DNA of 63,940 nt, counting the filler, from an uncultured bacterium (GTDB lineage: Bacteria > CAYJRR01), in the NCBI GenBank assembly GCA_964372275.1. It is 6 parts of 6 records of this genome, joined end to end, with 100 filler letters (N's around TTAATTAATTAA, not from the genome) between each part and the next. Parts side by side here need not be neighbours in the genome. Positions count along the whole stretch, not along the records: positions 47,759 to 59,103 come from CAYJRR010000139.1; 5 more parts are not named here. One strand, 5' to 3'. Shown here piece by piece: positions 47,925-59,203 of this stretch. Both the position numbers and the translations under genes were made by a program. The notes below the pieces were generated by a model. That model had not been told where the DNA came from. It made no database searches and saw only the letters and a list, made by a program, of their open reading frames with translations. Positions within the stretch are counted from its first letter, which is position 1. Each line of letters starts with the position of its first letter.

Positions 47925-48791
47925 ATGCGTCCTTCCGTTCGACGGTCGATCGTTTCCGCCGCGCTCGTCCTCGCGCCAATGGCGACGACCGCCGCGAACG
48001 CCGCCCCCGGATCGGAGACCGCCTGCCCCCGGCCGACGCCGGCGTCGATCGACCTGGCCGGCTCGGCAATCGACCAAGCCCGCCGCGCCGCGGAGCACGG
48101 CCCGGCGGCCGCGCGGCTCTGGCGGGAGAACGATCCGTTGCCGATGACCGGCGATTGGCTCGACGCCGTCGCGACGCTCGGCGGCCTGGCGCAGCAGGAT
48201 CGCCTCCGTTCGACGCTCCACGACGAGGAGAAGTGCGGGGCGATGGTCGCGCTCGCCGCCGCGATCGTCGGCGGACCCGAACGGTTCGCGCGCCTCCTCG
48301 ATCGACTCGAGGAGAGGGCGCGTGGGCGGGATCGGGAGGCGATCGACCTCGCGCGCCGCCGGTTCGAGCGCCGCACGTTGACCGCCGGCGATCTTCACCG
48401 CGTCAGCGAAGTCCTCTACCGGACCTACGTCGGCGGCCGAGACGGGTCGACCGACGGCGACATCTCGCGCATGGTTCGCGCCGCGGGCTTCCGTTCCCGG
48501 AAGACCGCGGCCAAGACTCCGTCCGAGCTGCTCGGGACCCTCGCGCCGGGGGAGCTGTTCCCGCTCAACGTCTACCTGGAGCAACCACAGTTCATCGGCT
48601 GGCACGTCGTGCTGGTCTGGAAGGACCGCGCCGGCGTGGTGCGTCTCTACGACTCCGACCGCGATGCGGGCCGGCAGATGTTCGTGAGGGGAACGCGGCC
48701 GTTCCGGGAGAGCTATCTCGAGTACGTCGCGCCGAAGGCCGGGATCGCCGCGGAGTGGCTCCCCGGCACCGTCTTCACCCCCGGACGCTGA
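47925..48791 (+). CDS. Secreted protein with a putative C39/papain-like Cys-His-Asp triad
   Basis: Signal peptide; LAQQD..EEKCGA, WHVVLV, RLYDSD in papain-like order. Confidence 0.6.
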   Translation: MRPSVRRSIVSAALVLAPMATTAANAAPGSETACPRPTPASIDLAGSAIDQARRAAEHGPAAARLWRENDPLPMTGDWLDAVATLGGLAQQDRLRSTLHDEEKCGAMVALAAAIVGGPERFARLLDRLEERARGRDREAIDLARRRFERRTLTAGDLHRVSEVLYRTYVGGRDGSTDGDISRMVRAAGFRSRKTAAKTPSELLGTLAPGELFPLNVYLEQPQFIGWHVVLVWKDRAGVVRLYDSDRDAGRQMFVRGTRPFRESYLEYVAPKAGIAAEWLPGTVFTPGR

Positions 48792-48805
48792 GACGCCCGC
48801 GGCCG

Positions 48806-49354
48806 TCAGAGCGGACGGGCGGTGATGTCGAGGACCAGCTCTCCGTCGAACGTCGCGTCCTGCTGCGGCGCGCAGCCGGTCGCCTCCGAGGTGATCGTGA
48901 AGCCGCCGTTCGCCTTGATGTACGGAGCGAGGTTCAGGCCCGCCGAGTCCATGTCGAGCGTCGTCGCGTTCGCCGGGATCGGCTTTCCCGAGTCGGTCCC
49001 CTCTCCGATCGATGCCAACAGCTTCGACTCGAGCCCGTCCGCCTCGGCGTAGAGCTCGAGCGTGTCGAGGAAATCCCAGTCGGGCTCGGCGGACGCCGCC
49101 GTGATCGACAGCGTCAGCGATCGGATCTTGGCCGTCTTGATGTGCTCGACGTCGGTGTCCTGCTCGGGGAAGTCCTCCTCCGCCGTGATCTGCACCGAGA
49201 ACGGCACGCCGACGGCGTTGAGGAGGGCGCACGGGGTGAGTTGACCGTCGATCGTCTGTGGGTCGATCTCCTCCTCCACCTTGAAACGGAGGAGCAGCTC
49301 CCCGCATGCCACCAGCGCCACCGCCGCGGCGACGAACCCGAACCGTCGATTCAT
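48806..49354 (-). CDS. Hypothetical lipoprotein
   Basis: MNRRFGFVAAAVALVAC lipobox; ATGA overlap with the dinB stop. Confidence 0.8.
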   Translation of the reverse strand: MNRRFGFVAAAVALVACGELLLRFKVEEEIDPQTIDGQLTPCALLNAVGVPFSVQITAEEDFPEQDTDVEHIKTAKIRSLTLSITAASAEPDWDFLDTLELYAEADGLESKLLASIGEGTDSGKPIPANATTLDMDSAGLNLAPYIKANGGFTITSEATGCAPQQDATFDGELVLDITARPL

Positions 49355-50499
49355 CGTTCGAGGATACCAAACGGCAGCCGAAGCTGCCTCGCGTCGGCCC
49401 GATCGCGGCGAACCGGTGTTGGCTCCGGGTCGGCGGCCGTTTCCGCACCGTCCCTTAGCCCGTGGAACGAGACGCCGAGGAGTCGGACCGGTCGTGCGCC
49501 GGCCTCGGTCTTGCGCAACAGGTCGACCGCCCGGGCGGCTAGCGCGGCCGGTTCCCTCGTCGCCGGATCCCGCGTGTCGCTGCGGGTGATGGTGGTGAAG
49601 TCGGCGTAGCGAACCTTGAGGATGACGGTGCGCGCGAAGAGCGCCTTGCGCTCCAGCCACTCCGCGCCATCCGCGGCCAGCGCCTCGACCTCCGCGCGGA
49701 TGCGCGCGGCTTCGGTCAAGTCGACCTCGAAGGTGTTTTCCGATCCGACCGACTTCCGCTCGTGCTCCGGCTCGACCGGGCGTTCGTCCCGGCCGTGGGC
49801 GAGCTCGATCAGCGTCTCGGAGAAGCTTCCCACCGCCGCGCGCAGCCGGTCCGGATCGGCGTGGCGGAGATCGATCACCGTCGCCAGCCCCATCCCCCGC
49901 AGCTTGGCCGCCGTCTTCGGGCCGACCCCCCACAGCGCGTCGACGGGGAGCCCGCGCAGGAAGGAATCGGCGCGCTCCGGCGGGATGACGGTCAGCCCGT
50001 CCGGCTTCCGCCAGCCCGAGGCGATCTTCGCCAGGAACTTGTTCGCCGCCACGCCGGCCGACGCGGTCAGCCCCGTGCGTGCGCGGATCTCCCGCTTGAT
50101 CCGCCGCGCCACTTCACGGGCGAGCGGCTCCCCCCAGGCGTTCTCGGTGACGTCGAGGTAGGCCTCGTCGAGCGAGAGCGGCTCGACGAGGGGCGTCACC
50201 GTCCGGAAGATCTCGAACACCCGGTCGGAGACCGCCTTGTAGCTCTCGAACCGCGGCCGGACCACCACCAGGTCGCGGCACAGGCGCAGGGCGCGCGACA
50301 TCGGCATGGCGGAGCGGACGCCGAAGACGCGGGCCTCGTAGCTCGCGGCGGCGACCACGCCGCGTCCGGAATCGCCGCCGACCGCCACCGGCCGCCCCCG
50401 CAGCTCCGGGTGGTCGCGCTGCTCGACCGACGCGAAGAAGGCGTCCATGTCGACGTGCAGGATCCGGCGCACGGACCCGGGGCCGCCGCTTTCGCCCAT
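49351..50499 (-). CDS. dinB: DNA polymerase IV (Y family)
   Basis: ILHVDMDAFFASVEQRD, ASYEAR, SLDEAYLD, KFLAKIAS..KPDG, LWGVG, VRLLGV. Confidence 0.97.
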   Translation of the reverse strand: MGESGGPGSVRRILHVDMDAFFASVEQRDHPELRGRPVAVGGDSGRGVVAAASYEARVFGVRSAMPMSRALRLCRDLVVVRPRFESYKAVSDRVFEIFRTVTPLVEPLSLDEAYLDVTENAWGEPLAREVARRIKREIRARTGLTASAGVAANKFLAKIASGWRKPDGLTVIPPERADSFLRGLPVDALWGVGPKTAAKLRGMGLATVIDLRHADPDRLRAAVGSFSETLIELAHGRDERPVEPEHERKSVGSENTFEVDLTEAARIRAEVEALAADGAEWLERKALFARTVILKVRYADFTTITRSDTRDPATREPAALAARAVDLLRKTEAGARPVRLLGVSFHGLRDGAETAADPEPTPVRRDRADARQLRLPFGILER

Positions 50500-50527
50500 G
50501 CCGTCAGACTACGATACGGATGTAGCG

Positions 50528-51889
50528 TCAGTCGAGTACCGAGACGTTGAAGGCCGGCATCGGGATGGTGATCGACTCGCCGTCGACCTCCGCGGTGATG
50601 TCGCCTTCGATCCGGTAGCTGCCGCTCGCGGTGAGCGGCGGGTCGATCTGCAACGCCGACTCCAGGCGGTAGCTGTCGGCGAGCAGCGCCGTCAGCTGGT
50701 CGAAGATCCCTTCGAGTGCGTTCGCGTCCTCGGCGAAAAAGACGCGCCCGCCGGTCTGGTCGGCGATGTTCTGGAGCGCCTCCTTGTCGAGCGAGTTGGC
50801 GTCGTTCGGGTTCCCGAGACCGATGGCGTAGATCGGGACGTTCACCGCGCGGGCGGCGTTGATCGCGTCGGCGGCGGTGGCGCCGGAGGTCGTGTCGCGG
50901 CCGTCGGTCAGGACGATCGCCGCGCGGGTCTTGCCCGACTTCGACGCCAGCGCCTCCACCGACTCGATCATCGCGTCGTAGAGGGGCGTGTTCCCCCCTT
51001 CCGTCTCGCGCAGCGTGTCGAGCGCGTCCTTCAGCGCCGTCTTGTCGCTGGAGAATCCGATCACCGGGAAGACGGCTCCCGCCTCGCCCTGGAAGCGGTA
51101 GACCGACGCCTCGTCCATCGCCCCCATGCGGTCGACGAACGCCTGCGACTGGTTCACTCGCTCGTCGTTCGGATCGGACGGAACCGGATTCACTCCGAGG
51201 CCGATCATCGATCCCGACTGGTCGATCGTCAGCACCACCGAGAGCGGGTTCATCGTGCCGACCGGCTCGAAGTAGACGTCGGCCACGCCGGCGGTGTCCG
51301 GGGCGACCGGCATCGTCGTCCCGATCCGGGTCAGCGTGACGTTGTCCCACCGGAAGTTGGCGTCGCCGAGCCCGCCGGCGCCGGCCAGTTCGTGGCCGGG
51401 GCGGATCAGAGCGTTCTGCGAATCGTCGGGCATCACCCACATGTCGAGGAACCCACCGTCGCGGTGGAAGACCCCCGGGAGCGTCCGCACGTGTTGCAGC
51501 TCGAACAGGATCGGCCGGACGTGGACCGTCTTCGAATCGGACCGGTCCGAGCCGACCTCGACTTCGATGTGGTAGTCGCCAGCCTCGAGCGGCTGTCCCG
51601 CGTAGTCGATCTCGAGCGCGATCGTCCACTCGTCGACCACCTCGACCGAGGCGCCGATCGACGAGGCGGGCGCCCCTTCGACCAGGACTGTCGCCCCTTC
51701 GACGAACCCGGCGCCGGTCAGGAGCAGGCGCCCATCGAAGTTGGCCTTGATCGCGGCCGGAGAGACCGACGTGAGCGCGAGCGCCGAATCGGTCTCCCCT
51801 GGGCGCGAGGCGGTGCTGGCGCCGCAGCCGGCGGCGTACGCCGCGATCGAGGAGAGTAGGACGACACGAACCGAAACCTGGCTGACCAT
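50528..51889 (-). CDS. vWA-domain lipoprotein with N-terminal Ig/IPT-like region
   Basis: Lipobox AAGC; MIDAS DQSGS, TPLYDA, IVLTDG, IYAIGLG, TGGRVF. Confidence 0.9.
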   Translation of the reverse strand: MVSQVSVRVVLLSSIAAYAAGCGASTASRPGETDSALALTSVSPAAIKANFDGRLLLTGAGFVEGATVLVEGAPASSIGASVEVVDEWTIALEIDYAGQPLEAGDYHIEVEVGSDRSDSKTVHVRPILFELQHVRTLPGVFHRDGGFLDMWVMPDDSQNALIRPGHELAGAGGLGDANFRWDNVTLTRIGTTMPVAPDTAGVADVYFEPVGTMNPLSVVLTIDQSGSMIGLGVNPVPSDPNDERVNQSQAFVDRMGAMDEASVYRFQGEAGAVFPVIGFSSDKTALKDALDTLRETEGGNTPLYDAMIESVEALASKSGKTRAAIVLTDGRDTTSGATAADAINAARAVNVPIYAIGLGNPNDANSLDKEALQNIADQTGGRVFFAEDANALEGIFDQLTALLADSYRLESALQIDPPLTASGSYRIEGDITAEVDGESITIPMPAFNVSVLD

Positions 51890-51927
51890 GACGACCCCCC
51901 AACGGTTCTGAATCGACCGAGCGGTTT

Positions 51928-51943
51928 TGCAGCCGGCGTGCCG
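51928..51943 (-). promoter_or_regulatory. Putative sigma-54 promoter
   Basis: CGGCACGCCGGCTGCA on the minus strand, 38 nt upstream of ATG 51889. Confidence 0.6.
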
Positions 51944-52083
51944 GACCGTTCCCGTCGCAGTAGAGGCAACTTGGCGGATTCCATATGGGATTTTCAGTCA
52001 CCCGAGACGAATCGGTGGGTTGTCGGTATCCCACCCGGGCGGCGCCACGGGTAAAAAGAACGCGACCATTTGGGCTCCACGCG

Positions 52084-52113
52084 TTGACAGGGGGTCGCCC
52101 CGATGGTTAGGCA
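52084..52113 (+). promoter_or_regulatory. Putative dnaK promoter
   Basis: Perfect TTGACA at 52084; weak -10 (TTAGGC/TAGGCA); AAGGAG RBS downstream. Confidence 0.35.
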
Positions 52114-52143
52114 TGGGTCCTCGCAAAGGAGCCTCGTACGCCC

Positions 52144-54054
<1,911 letters not shown>

Positions 54055-54085
54055 ACCTCCCTGCGACCTCCCTCCGACTCCCTTC

Positions 54086-54151
54086 CCTTCCGGTCACGGC
54101 TCCCTCTCCCTTCCCCGAGAGAGAGTCGGAGCCGGAGTCGTGACCGGAAGG
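54086..54151. repeat. 18-bp inverted repeat between dnaK and the peroxiredoxin gene
   Basis: CCTTCCGGTCACGGCTCC (54086-54103) and GGAGTCGTGACCGGAAGG (54134-54151); one G-U pair. Confidence 0.8.
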
Positions 54152-54245
54152 AGCCAGCGCTCGGAAGGGCCGCTCCGGTTGCCGGCGCGCGGTTTCGATG
54201 GTAGGAACACCGTCACCTTTTCCTGACTCGCACGAGAGGATTCCC

Positions 54246-54887
54246 ATGGCCAACGAGACCACCAACCCCGTCAAGACCCCCGTCGCGCAGAAGCGGCCGG
54301 AGTTCCCGAACACCCCCGCCGTCTTCCCGGCCGCCGAGCCCGGCGCCGACCCGATCATCAAGAACGACTTCAACTACCCGGAGCACACCAAGGGGAAGTG
54401 GGCGTTGCTCTTCTTCTATCCGGCCGACTTCACCTTCGTCTGCCCGACCGAGCTGTTGGCGCTGTCCGACCGGATCGACGACTTCAAGAAGCTCGGCGTC
54501 GAGGTCTTGGGCGTCTCGACCGACACCAAGTTCTCCCACTTCCAGTGGATGAAGCAGTCGGTCAAGGAGGGGGGCGTCGCCGGTCTGCGCTACCCGCTGA
54601 TCGAGGACCAGGGGGGCGCGATCTCCTCCGCTTTCGGGATCCTCAACGGCACCAAGGCGCTGCGCGCCGCGTTCCTGGTCGACCCCAACGGCGTCGTCCA
54701 GCACGCGACGATCAACAACCTCCCGGTCGGCCGCTCGATCGAGGAGACGCTGCGCGTGATCCAGGCCTTCCAGTACGTCTCCCAGCACGGCGACGAGGTC
54801 TGCCCCATGGACTGGAAGCCCGGCGCCTCCACGATGAAGCCCAACGAGAAGGGCAAGCGCGACTACTTCGAGAAGCGCAAGGCCTGA
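54246..54887 (+). CDS. ahpC: 2-Cys peroxiredoxin (AhpC/TSA)
   Basis: FYPADFTFVCPTE, PVGRSIEETLR, EVCPMDW; GAGAGGA RBS. Confidence 0.93.
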   Translation: MANETTNPVKTPVAQKRPEFPNTPAVFPAAEPGADPIIKNDFNYPEHTKGKWALLFFYPADFTFVCPTELLALSDRIDDFKKLGVEVLGVSTDTKFSHFQWMKQSVKEGGVAGLRYPLIEDQGGAISSAFGILNGTKALRAAFLVDPNGVVQHATINNLPVGRSIEETLRVIQAFQYVSQHGDEVCPMDWKPGASTMKPNEKGKRDYFEKRKA

Positions 54888-54915
54888 TCCCGCCGAAGGT
54901 GCCCCGGCGTCCCGA

Positions 54916-57801
54916 TCAGTTCGGATAGATCGGGAAGTGCGGCGACGACTCCGGCGACACCAGGTGGTCGGATCCGATCCCGACGGCCTCCCCGGTTCGG
55001 ACCGGGGAGCCGAGGCGGATCTCGTATTGCCGCAGGTCGACCGTCAGCGTTGCGAACTCGCCGTCCGCGACGCAGCGGCGGGCCGTGATCCAGTAGGTGT
55101 CCGGCCCCCGCGGGACGATCGAGGTGATCTCCCCCGGTTCGCCCTGGTAGTAGCCGAATACCGTTCCGTCGTCTCGGTAGACGCGAACGTTCGACGTGAA
55201 GTTGTGGACCGAGCACGGCGGTGACCCTCCGACGTTGTCGGTCAGCACCACCCAGAAGAGGTCCCCTCCCGAGCCGTCGTCGGAGGTTGCGACGGTGGCC
55301 AGCGCAAGCTCCGTTCCCAGGTTGAAAGTCGCGACGATCGGGGAGGAATACGCGGGGGCAGGAACGGCGGTGGGACGGATCTCGAGGGTGTTTCCGTTCC
55401 GCGCCGCGATGAAGAGGCGATTTGTGCGGTGCGAAACGGCCGCCGCGGCAATGTTAGACGGCAGGGCGAAGCCGGATCCGACCGGACCCGTACGGGTGAA
55501 CGCGCGCACGACCGGCGGCGTCGAGGCGGTCTGGGTCGCGGACCAGAGGAAGGGCGTGCTTTGCGGAAGCGGCGCCGATGGCGAGAAGAAGCCGTCGACG
55601 GCGAAGCTCCCGAGGAACGAATGCAGCGTGGTGGTCGACCCGTCCGGGTCGGAGAGGTCGACGTGGTAGATCCCTTTGTGCGTCCCGCCGTACGGGTCCA
55701 AGGCCAACGCCCATCCGTCGGTCCCGCCCGGCGAACGCTGAAACAGGCTCAGCGGACCCAGCGCGTTGCCCATCCGCTCGACCGGCATCGACACGACGAC
55801 CCGGCCGTCTTCCGCCACACGGTTCAGGGTCGACGGCCCCCGTGTGGGGATCCAGACTCCTCCGGTGTCCGCGTCGACCGAGACCGCATGAACCGGCGTC
55901 AGCGGAACGCGCGCCAGAACGCGGCTCGAATCGGGCATCGACGCACGAACCAATCGGTCGTCGGCGTAGAACCAGAGCGCCCCGTCGGGATCGACGAACT
56001 GAACCTCGAATTCGAAACCCGAGAATGCGACCAGCGTGCCGTCGATCTCGGCTCGTAGCCCATCCTCCTCCCACAGCCCGGCCGCCCAGCAGGTGCCGGA
56101 CCACGGATCGGCGACCAGGTGCACCGCGTCGACGGCGTCCGGAATCTCCACTTCGATCGCCTGATCGAGGTCGCAGCCGCCAGACGCCAGGCACGTCGCG
56201 TTGACCAGGACCAGCCCACGGTCGCCGAGCGACAGCCAGAGCCTGTCGGAGTCCACCCACGCCAGTCCGAGCGCATGCGTGTCGCCCAAAGGGAACGGAA
56301 TCGCATCGGCAGGCCCGATGCCGGTGTGCCGGACCAGGGTCGCGTCGGACTCGATCCCGGTGAATGGGCTCGAGGAGTAGACCGACCAGACCTCGCCCGA
56401 ACCGGGTCGCGAAGCGAGACCGGTCACGACCCGGTCCGGCAACGAATACGGAATGCCCGGAACGAACGTGAACGGCTCCCCGGGCGAGCCAGTCACCGGC
56501 GCATCCAGCACCACCATCTGTTCGCCGAACGGCGCGAACCACGCGTTTCCCTCGCCGTCGACCGCGGAGAGCAGCCGTCCCTCGACGTAATATCCCGGCG
56601 AACCGTACGTTCCGCTCGCCACCAGTTCGAGGGCCGAGCCCGTGAACGCGAAGGCCTGGTAGGTCGGCGACGGGTACGTGCCCAATGCACCCGTCCAGAT
56701 CCGCTGGCGGACGGCGTCGACGACGATACCGACCTTTCCCGTTCCGAGCGTCGGCTGGACGACGATCCCGTCGTCGAAGGTCAGCACCGGCCAACCGTCA
56801 CTGAGGCGAAGGTTCGTGGCACCGAACTCCTCGCGGTAGAGGACCGCAACCCGCGGAGGCCCGCCGGCTCCCCGGTATTCGGCGGCGACGTTGATACCGG
56901 GTACCGCGCCTGGAATGTCCGGTTTTCGCAGCTGCGCGTCGTATCGCGTCGGCTGGCCGACGGTCTCTCCGTTGATCGTCAGCGACCAGTTCTCGCCCCA
57001 CAGGTTCGGGTCGGTGACCGCGACGGTCGCCTGCTCGACCGACGATGTTGCGAGTCCGTCTCCTACGCGGAGATGCGCCACGACCCGGTGCCGGTCATCG
57101 GCGGCGATCGTCCGGGTGAAACAGGGATCGTCGGGGGTCTCGCGGCAGATCCAGTCCGTCGAGGAACAGGCATCGTTGGTCGCGCTCGCGGGAAACTTCC
57201 AGCAATACTCGGCGAGCTCGGTCCGATCCGGGTCGTACGAGGGCGAAGCGTCGAACGTGATCGTGTAGGACGCTCCCGGCGACCACGCGTGTCCGCCGAC
57301 CGGCACGGTCCGGGGAGGATCGCCGATTGCGACGGGCGGGGCGTTGGAGATCGAGACCTGGGTCGTGGCCACCTCGGTGGAGCCGGCGGGATCGCGGGCG
57401 GCGACTTCGAACGTGAGGATCTGCTCCTGGGGCAGCGCCAGCAGCGCGGCACTGGAGAGGACGAACAGGTCGGCCAGGGACCAGTCGCCGCCCTCGAGAT
57501 CGATCGCCTGGTCGGTCTCCAGGCGGCGGAATCGGAACTCGAGCGCGTCCCCCTGCGGATCGCGCGAATCGCGCGCCACCAGGGCCATGCAGCGAGTGCG
57601 CGCGATCGTCAGCGTCGGTGCGAAGCTGGAGAGCGAGCTGCCAAGGGCCTGCGCGGAGAGGCAGGGGCCCTGGTCGCCGGCGTCGACGGCGTAGAGGCTC
57701 GCCACCGGCGACACCGCCGGGTCGTGAGGGTTGTCGCGGGAGGGGAGCGAGCATGCGGCGACGGTGAGGAGAACGGTCCACCGGGCCCGGGAAAGCGCCA
57801 T
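54916..57801 (-). CDS. Large lipoprotein with PKD-like domains and beta-propeller repeats
   Basis: Lipobox VAAC followed by RDNPHDP; SRDPQGDAL, NAPPVA..FDASPSYDPD; repeated VDxxGxxW blades. Confidence 0.8.
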   Translation of the reverse strand: MALSRARWTVLLTVAACSLPSRDNPHDPAVSPVASLYAVDAGDQGPCLSAQALGSSLSSFAPTLTIARTRCMALVARDSRDPQGDALEFRFRRLETDQAIDLEGGDWSLADLFVLSSAALLALPQEQILTFEVAARDPAGSTEVATTQVSISNAPPVAIGDPPRTVPVGGHAWSPGASYTITFDASPSYDPDRTELAEYCWKFPASATNDACSSTDWICRETPDDPCFTRTIAADDRHRVVAHLRVGDGLATSSVEQATVAVTDPNLWGENWSLTINGETVGQPTRYDAQLRKPDIPGAVPGINVAAEYRGAGGPPRVAVLYREEFGATNLRLSDGWPVLTFDDGIVVQPTLGTGKVGIVVDAVRQRIWTGALGTYPSPTYQAFAFTGSALELVASGTYGSPGYYVEGRLLSAVDGEGNAWFAPFGEQMVVLDAPVTGSPGEPFTFVPGIPYSLPDRVVTGLASRPGSGEVWSVYSSSPFTGIESDATLVRHTGIGPADAIPFPLGDTHALGLAWVDSDRLWLSLGDRGLVLVNATCLASGGCDLDQAIEVEIPDAVDAVHLVADPWSGTCWAAGLWEEDGLRAEIDGTLVAFSGFEFEVQFVDPDGALWFYADDRLVRASMPDSSRVLARVPLTPVHAVSVDADTGGVWIPTRGPSTLNRVAEDGRVVVSMPVERMGNALGPLSLFQRSPGGTDGWALALDPYGGTHKGIYHVDLSDPDGSTTTLHSFLGSFAVDGFFSPSAPLPQSTPFLWSATQTASTPPVVRAFTRTGPVGSGFALPSNIAAAAVSHRTNRLFIAARNGNTLEIRPTAVPAPAYSSPIVATFNLGTELALATVATSDDGSGGDLFWVVLTDNVGGSPPCSVHNFTSNVRVYRDDGTVFGYYQGEPGEITSIVPRGPDTYWITARRCVADGEFATLTVDLRQYEIRLGSPVRTGEAVGIGSDHLVSPESSPHFPIYPN

Positions 57802-57847
57802 CGGGGGAGGATAGCGCGGGCCGCGGCGGAACGGTACCCTCCGCGTC

Positions 57848-58183
57848 ATGGCCACCGACTTCGTCGTCTGTCTCTCCACCGCCTCCAACGCCGAGGAGGC
57901 GGAACGGATCGCGCGCGCGCTCGTGGAGGAGCAGCTCGCGGCGTGCGTGAACCTCGTCCCGGGGGTCCGGTCGATCTACCGCTGGCAGGGAAAGATCGAG
58001 GACGGGCAGGAGGTGTTGCTGGTGATCAAGTCTCGGCGCCGGTTGGTGGAGGACGTCGCCGCGCGCATCAAGTCGCTCCACAGCTACAGCGTGCCGGAGC
58101 TGGTCGCGATGGAGGTGGTCGGCGGCAGCCGCGACTATCTCGACTGGCTCATCGATTCGACCTGGAGCCCGCGCGGACGTTAG
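57848..58183 (+). CDS. cutA: Divalent-cation tolerance protein CutA
   Basis: LVEEQLAACVN, SIYRWQGKIE, HSYSVPEL. Confidence 0.95.
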   Translation: MATDFVVCLSTASNAEEAERIARALVEEQLAACVNLVPGVRSIYRWQGKIEDGQEVLLVIKSRRRLVEDVAARIKSLHSYSVPELVAMEVVGGSRDYLDWLIDSTWSPRGR

Positions 58184-58851
58184 GCGGGGGCGGCGGAGCC
58201 GCAGGTGGCGCACGGTGGGACCGGCGCCGGGATCGCCCACCATCCGTCCCCCAGCCGGATCCGCAGGTCGGCCGCGCCGGGCGGCGGGCGCTTGAGCAGC
58301 ACCCGGCGTCCGACTCTTCCGAGCGTCTCCAGACGGATTTCGGCGTCGCAGTAGATGCACCGCACCCGCGGCGTGCGCCGTAGCGCGTCGATCGCGCGGT
58401 GCCGCGCCGGGTAGAGGGCGGTCAACGCCGTCGACGCCTCTTCGGGCGTGAGGTGCAGCGTCTCCTCCTCCGCGACCTCCACCGTTCCCGATCGCCGGCG
58501 CTCTCCGCGCCGCCGCCACGCCGTCGGCAATCCCCGGAACAGCGCCCAACCGCCGCAGAGGACTCCCAGCGCCAGCACCATCGCCGTCTGGACGTCCCGA
58601 ACCACCATCTCGCGCCGCATCTCCGCCGCGCTCCGCTCGAAGCGGGCGATCGCCACCCCGTCGTCGGCGGGTCTCCAACCGTCGCGCAGCCGTTGCCGCG
58701 TCTCGTTCCGATTGCCGTCCGCGACGCGCAACGCACGCTGGAGATCGCCGAGCGACAGACCGCGGTACGGCCGCGGGAGCACCTCCCCCACCGCGGTCGC
58801 CGCCACCAGGGCGACCGCGGCGAGAAGGTATCGGCGGTGCGACGCGATCAC
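58180..58851 (-). CDS. Hypothetical membrane protein with C-terminal CxxC..CxxC
   Basis: Two hydrophobic segments; CIYC...CATC; GTGA overlap with the upstream gene. Confidence 0.65.
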   Translation of the reverse strand: MIASHRRYLLAAVALVAATAVGEVLPRPYRGLSLGDLQRALRVADGNRNETRQRLRDGWRPADDGVAIARFERSAAEMRREMVVRDVQTAMVLALGVLCGGWALFRGLPTAWRRRGERRRSGTVEVAEEETLHLTPEEASTALTALYPARHRAIDALRRTPRVRCIYCDAEIRLETLGRVGRRVLLKRPPPGAADLRIRLGDGWWAIPAPVPPCATCGSAAPA

Positions 58852-59103
58852 GGCCGGGTGGGCGGTGCGCCGGCGCCGGGCGCGGTTCGCCCGGCGGCGC
58901 GGAGGAACGGCTCGAACAGGTCGATCGGCACCGGGAAGATGATGGTGCTGTTCTTCTCCGCCGAGACCTCGACCAAGGTCTGGAGAAATCGCAGCTGCAG
59001 TGCCGACGGCTGCGCGGCGATGATCGTCGCCGCATCGGTCAGCTTCTGTGCCGCCTGGTCCTCGCCGTCGAGGTCCAGCTCACGCATGGCCCCCGCGGCG
59101 TCG
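58848..59103 (-). CDS. SPFH/band-7 (slipin) protein, C-terminal fragment
   Basis: [44 protein letters not shown]. Confidence 0.85.
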
Positions 59104-59203
59104 NNNNNNNNNNNNNNNNNNNNNNNNNNNNNNNNNNNNNNNNNNNNTTAATTAATTAANNNNNNNNNNNNNNNNNNNNNNNNNNNNNNNNNNNNNNNNN
59201 NNN
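59104..59203. other. Artificial contig linker
   Basis: N-run + TTAATTAATTAA (59148-59159) + N-run. Confidence 0.97.

Noticed and set aside
59060..59103. Slipin sequence stops resembling the family just before the gap ([12 protein letters not shown])
   Set aside because: Last ~40 nt of a contig; likely a chimeric or low-quality end.
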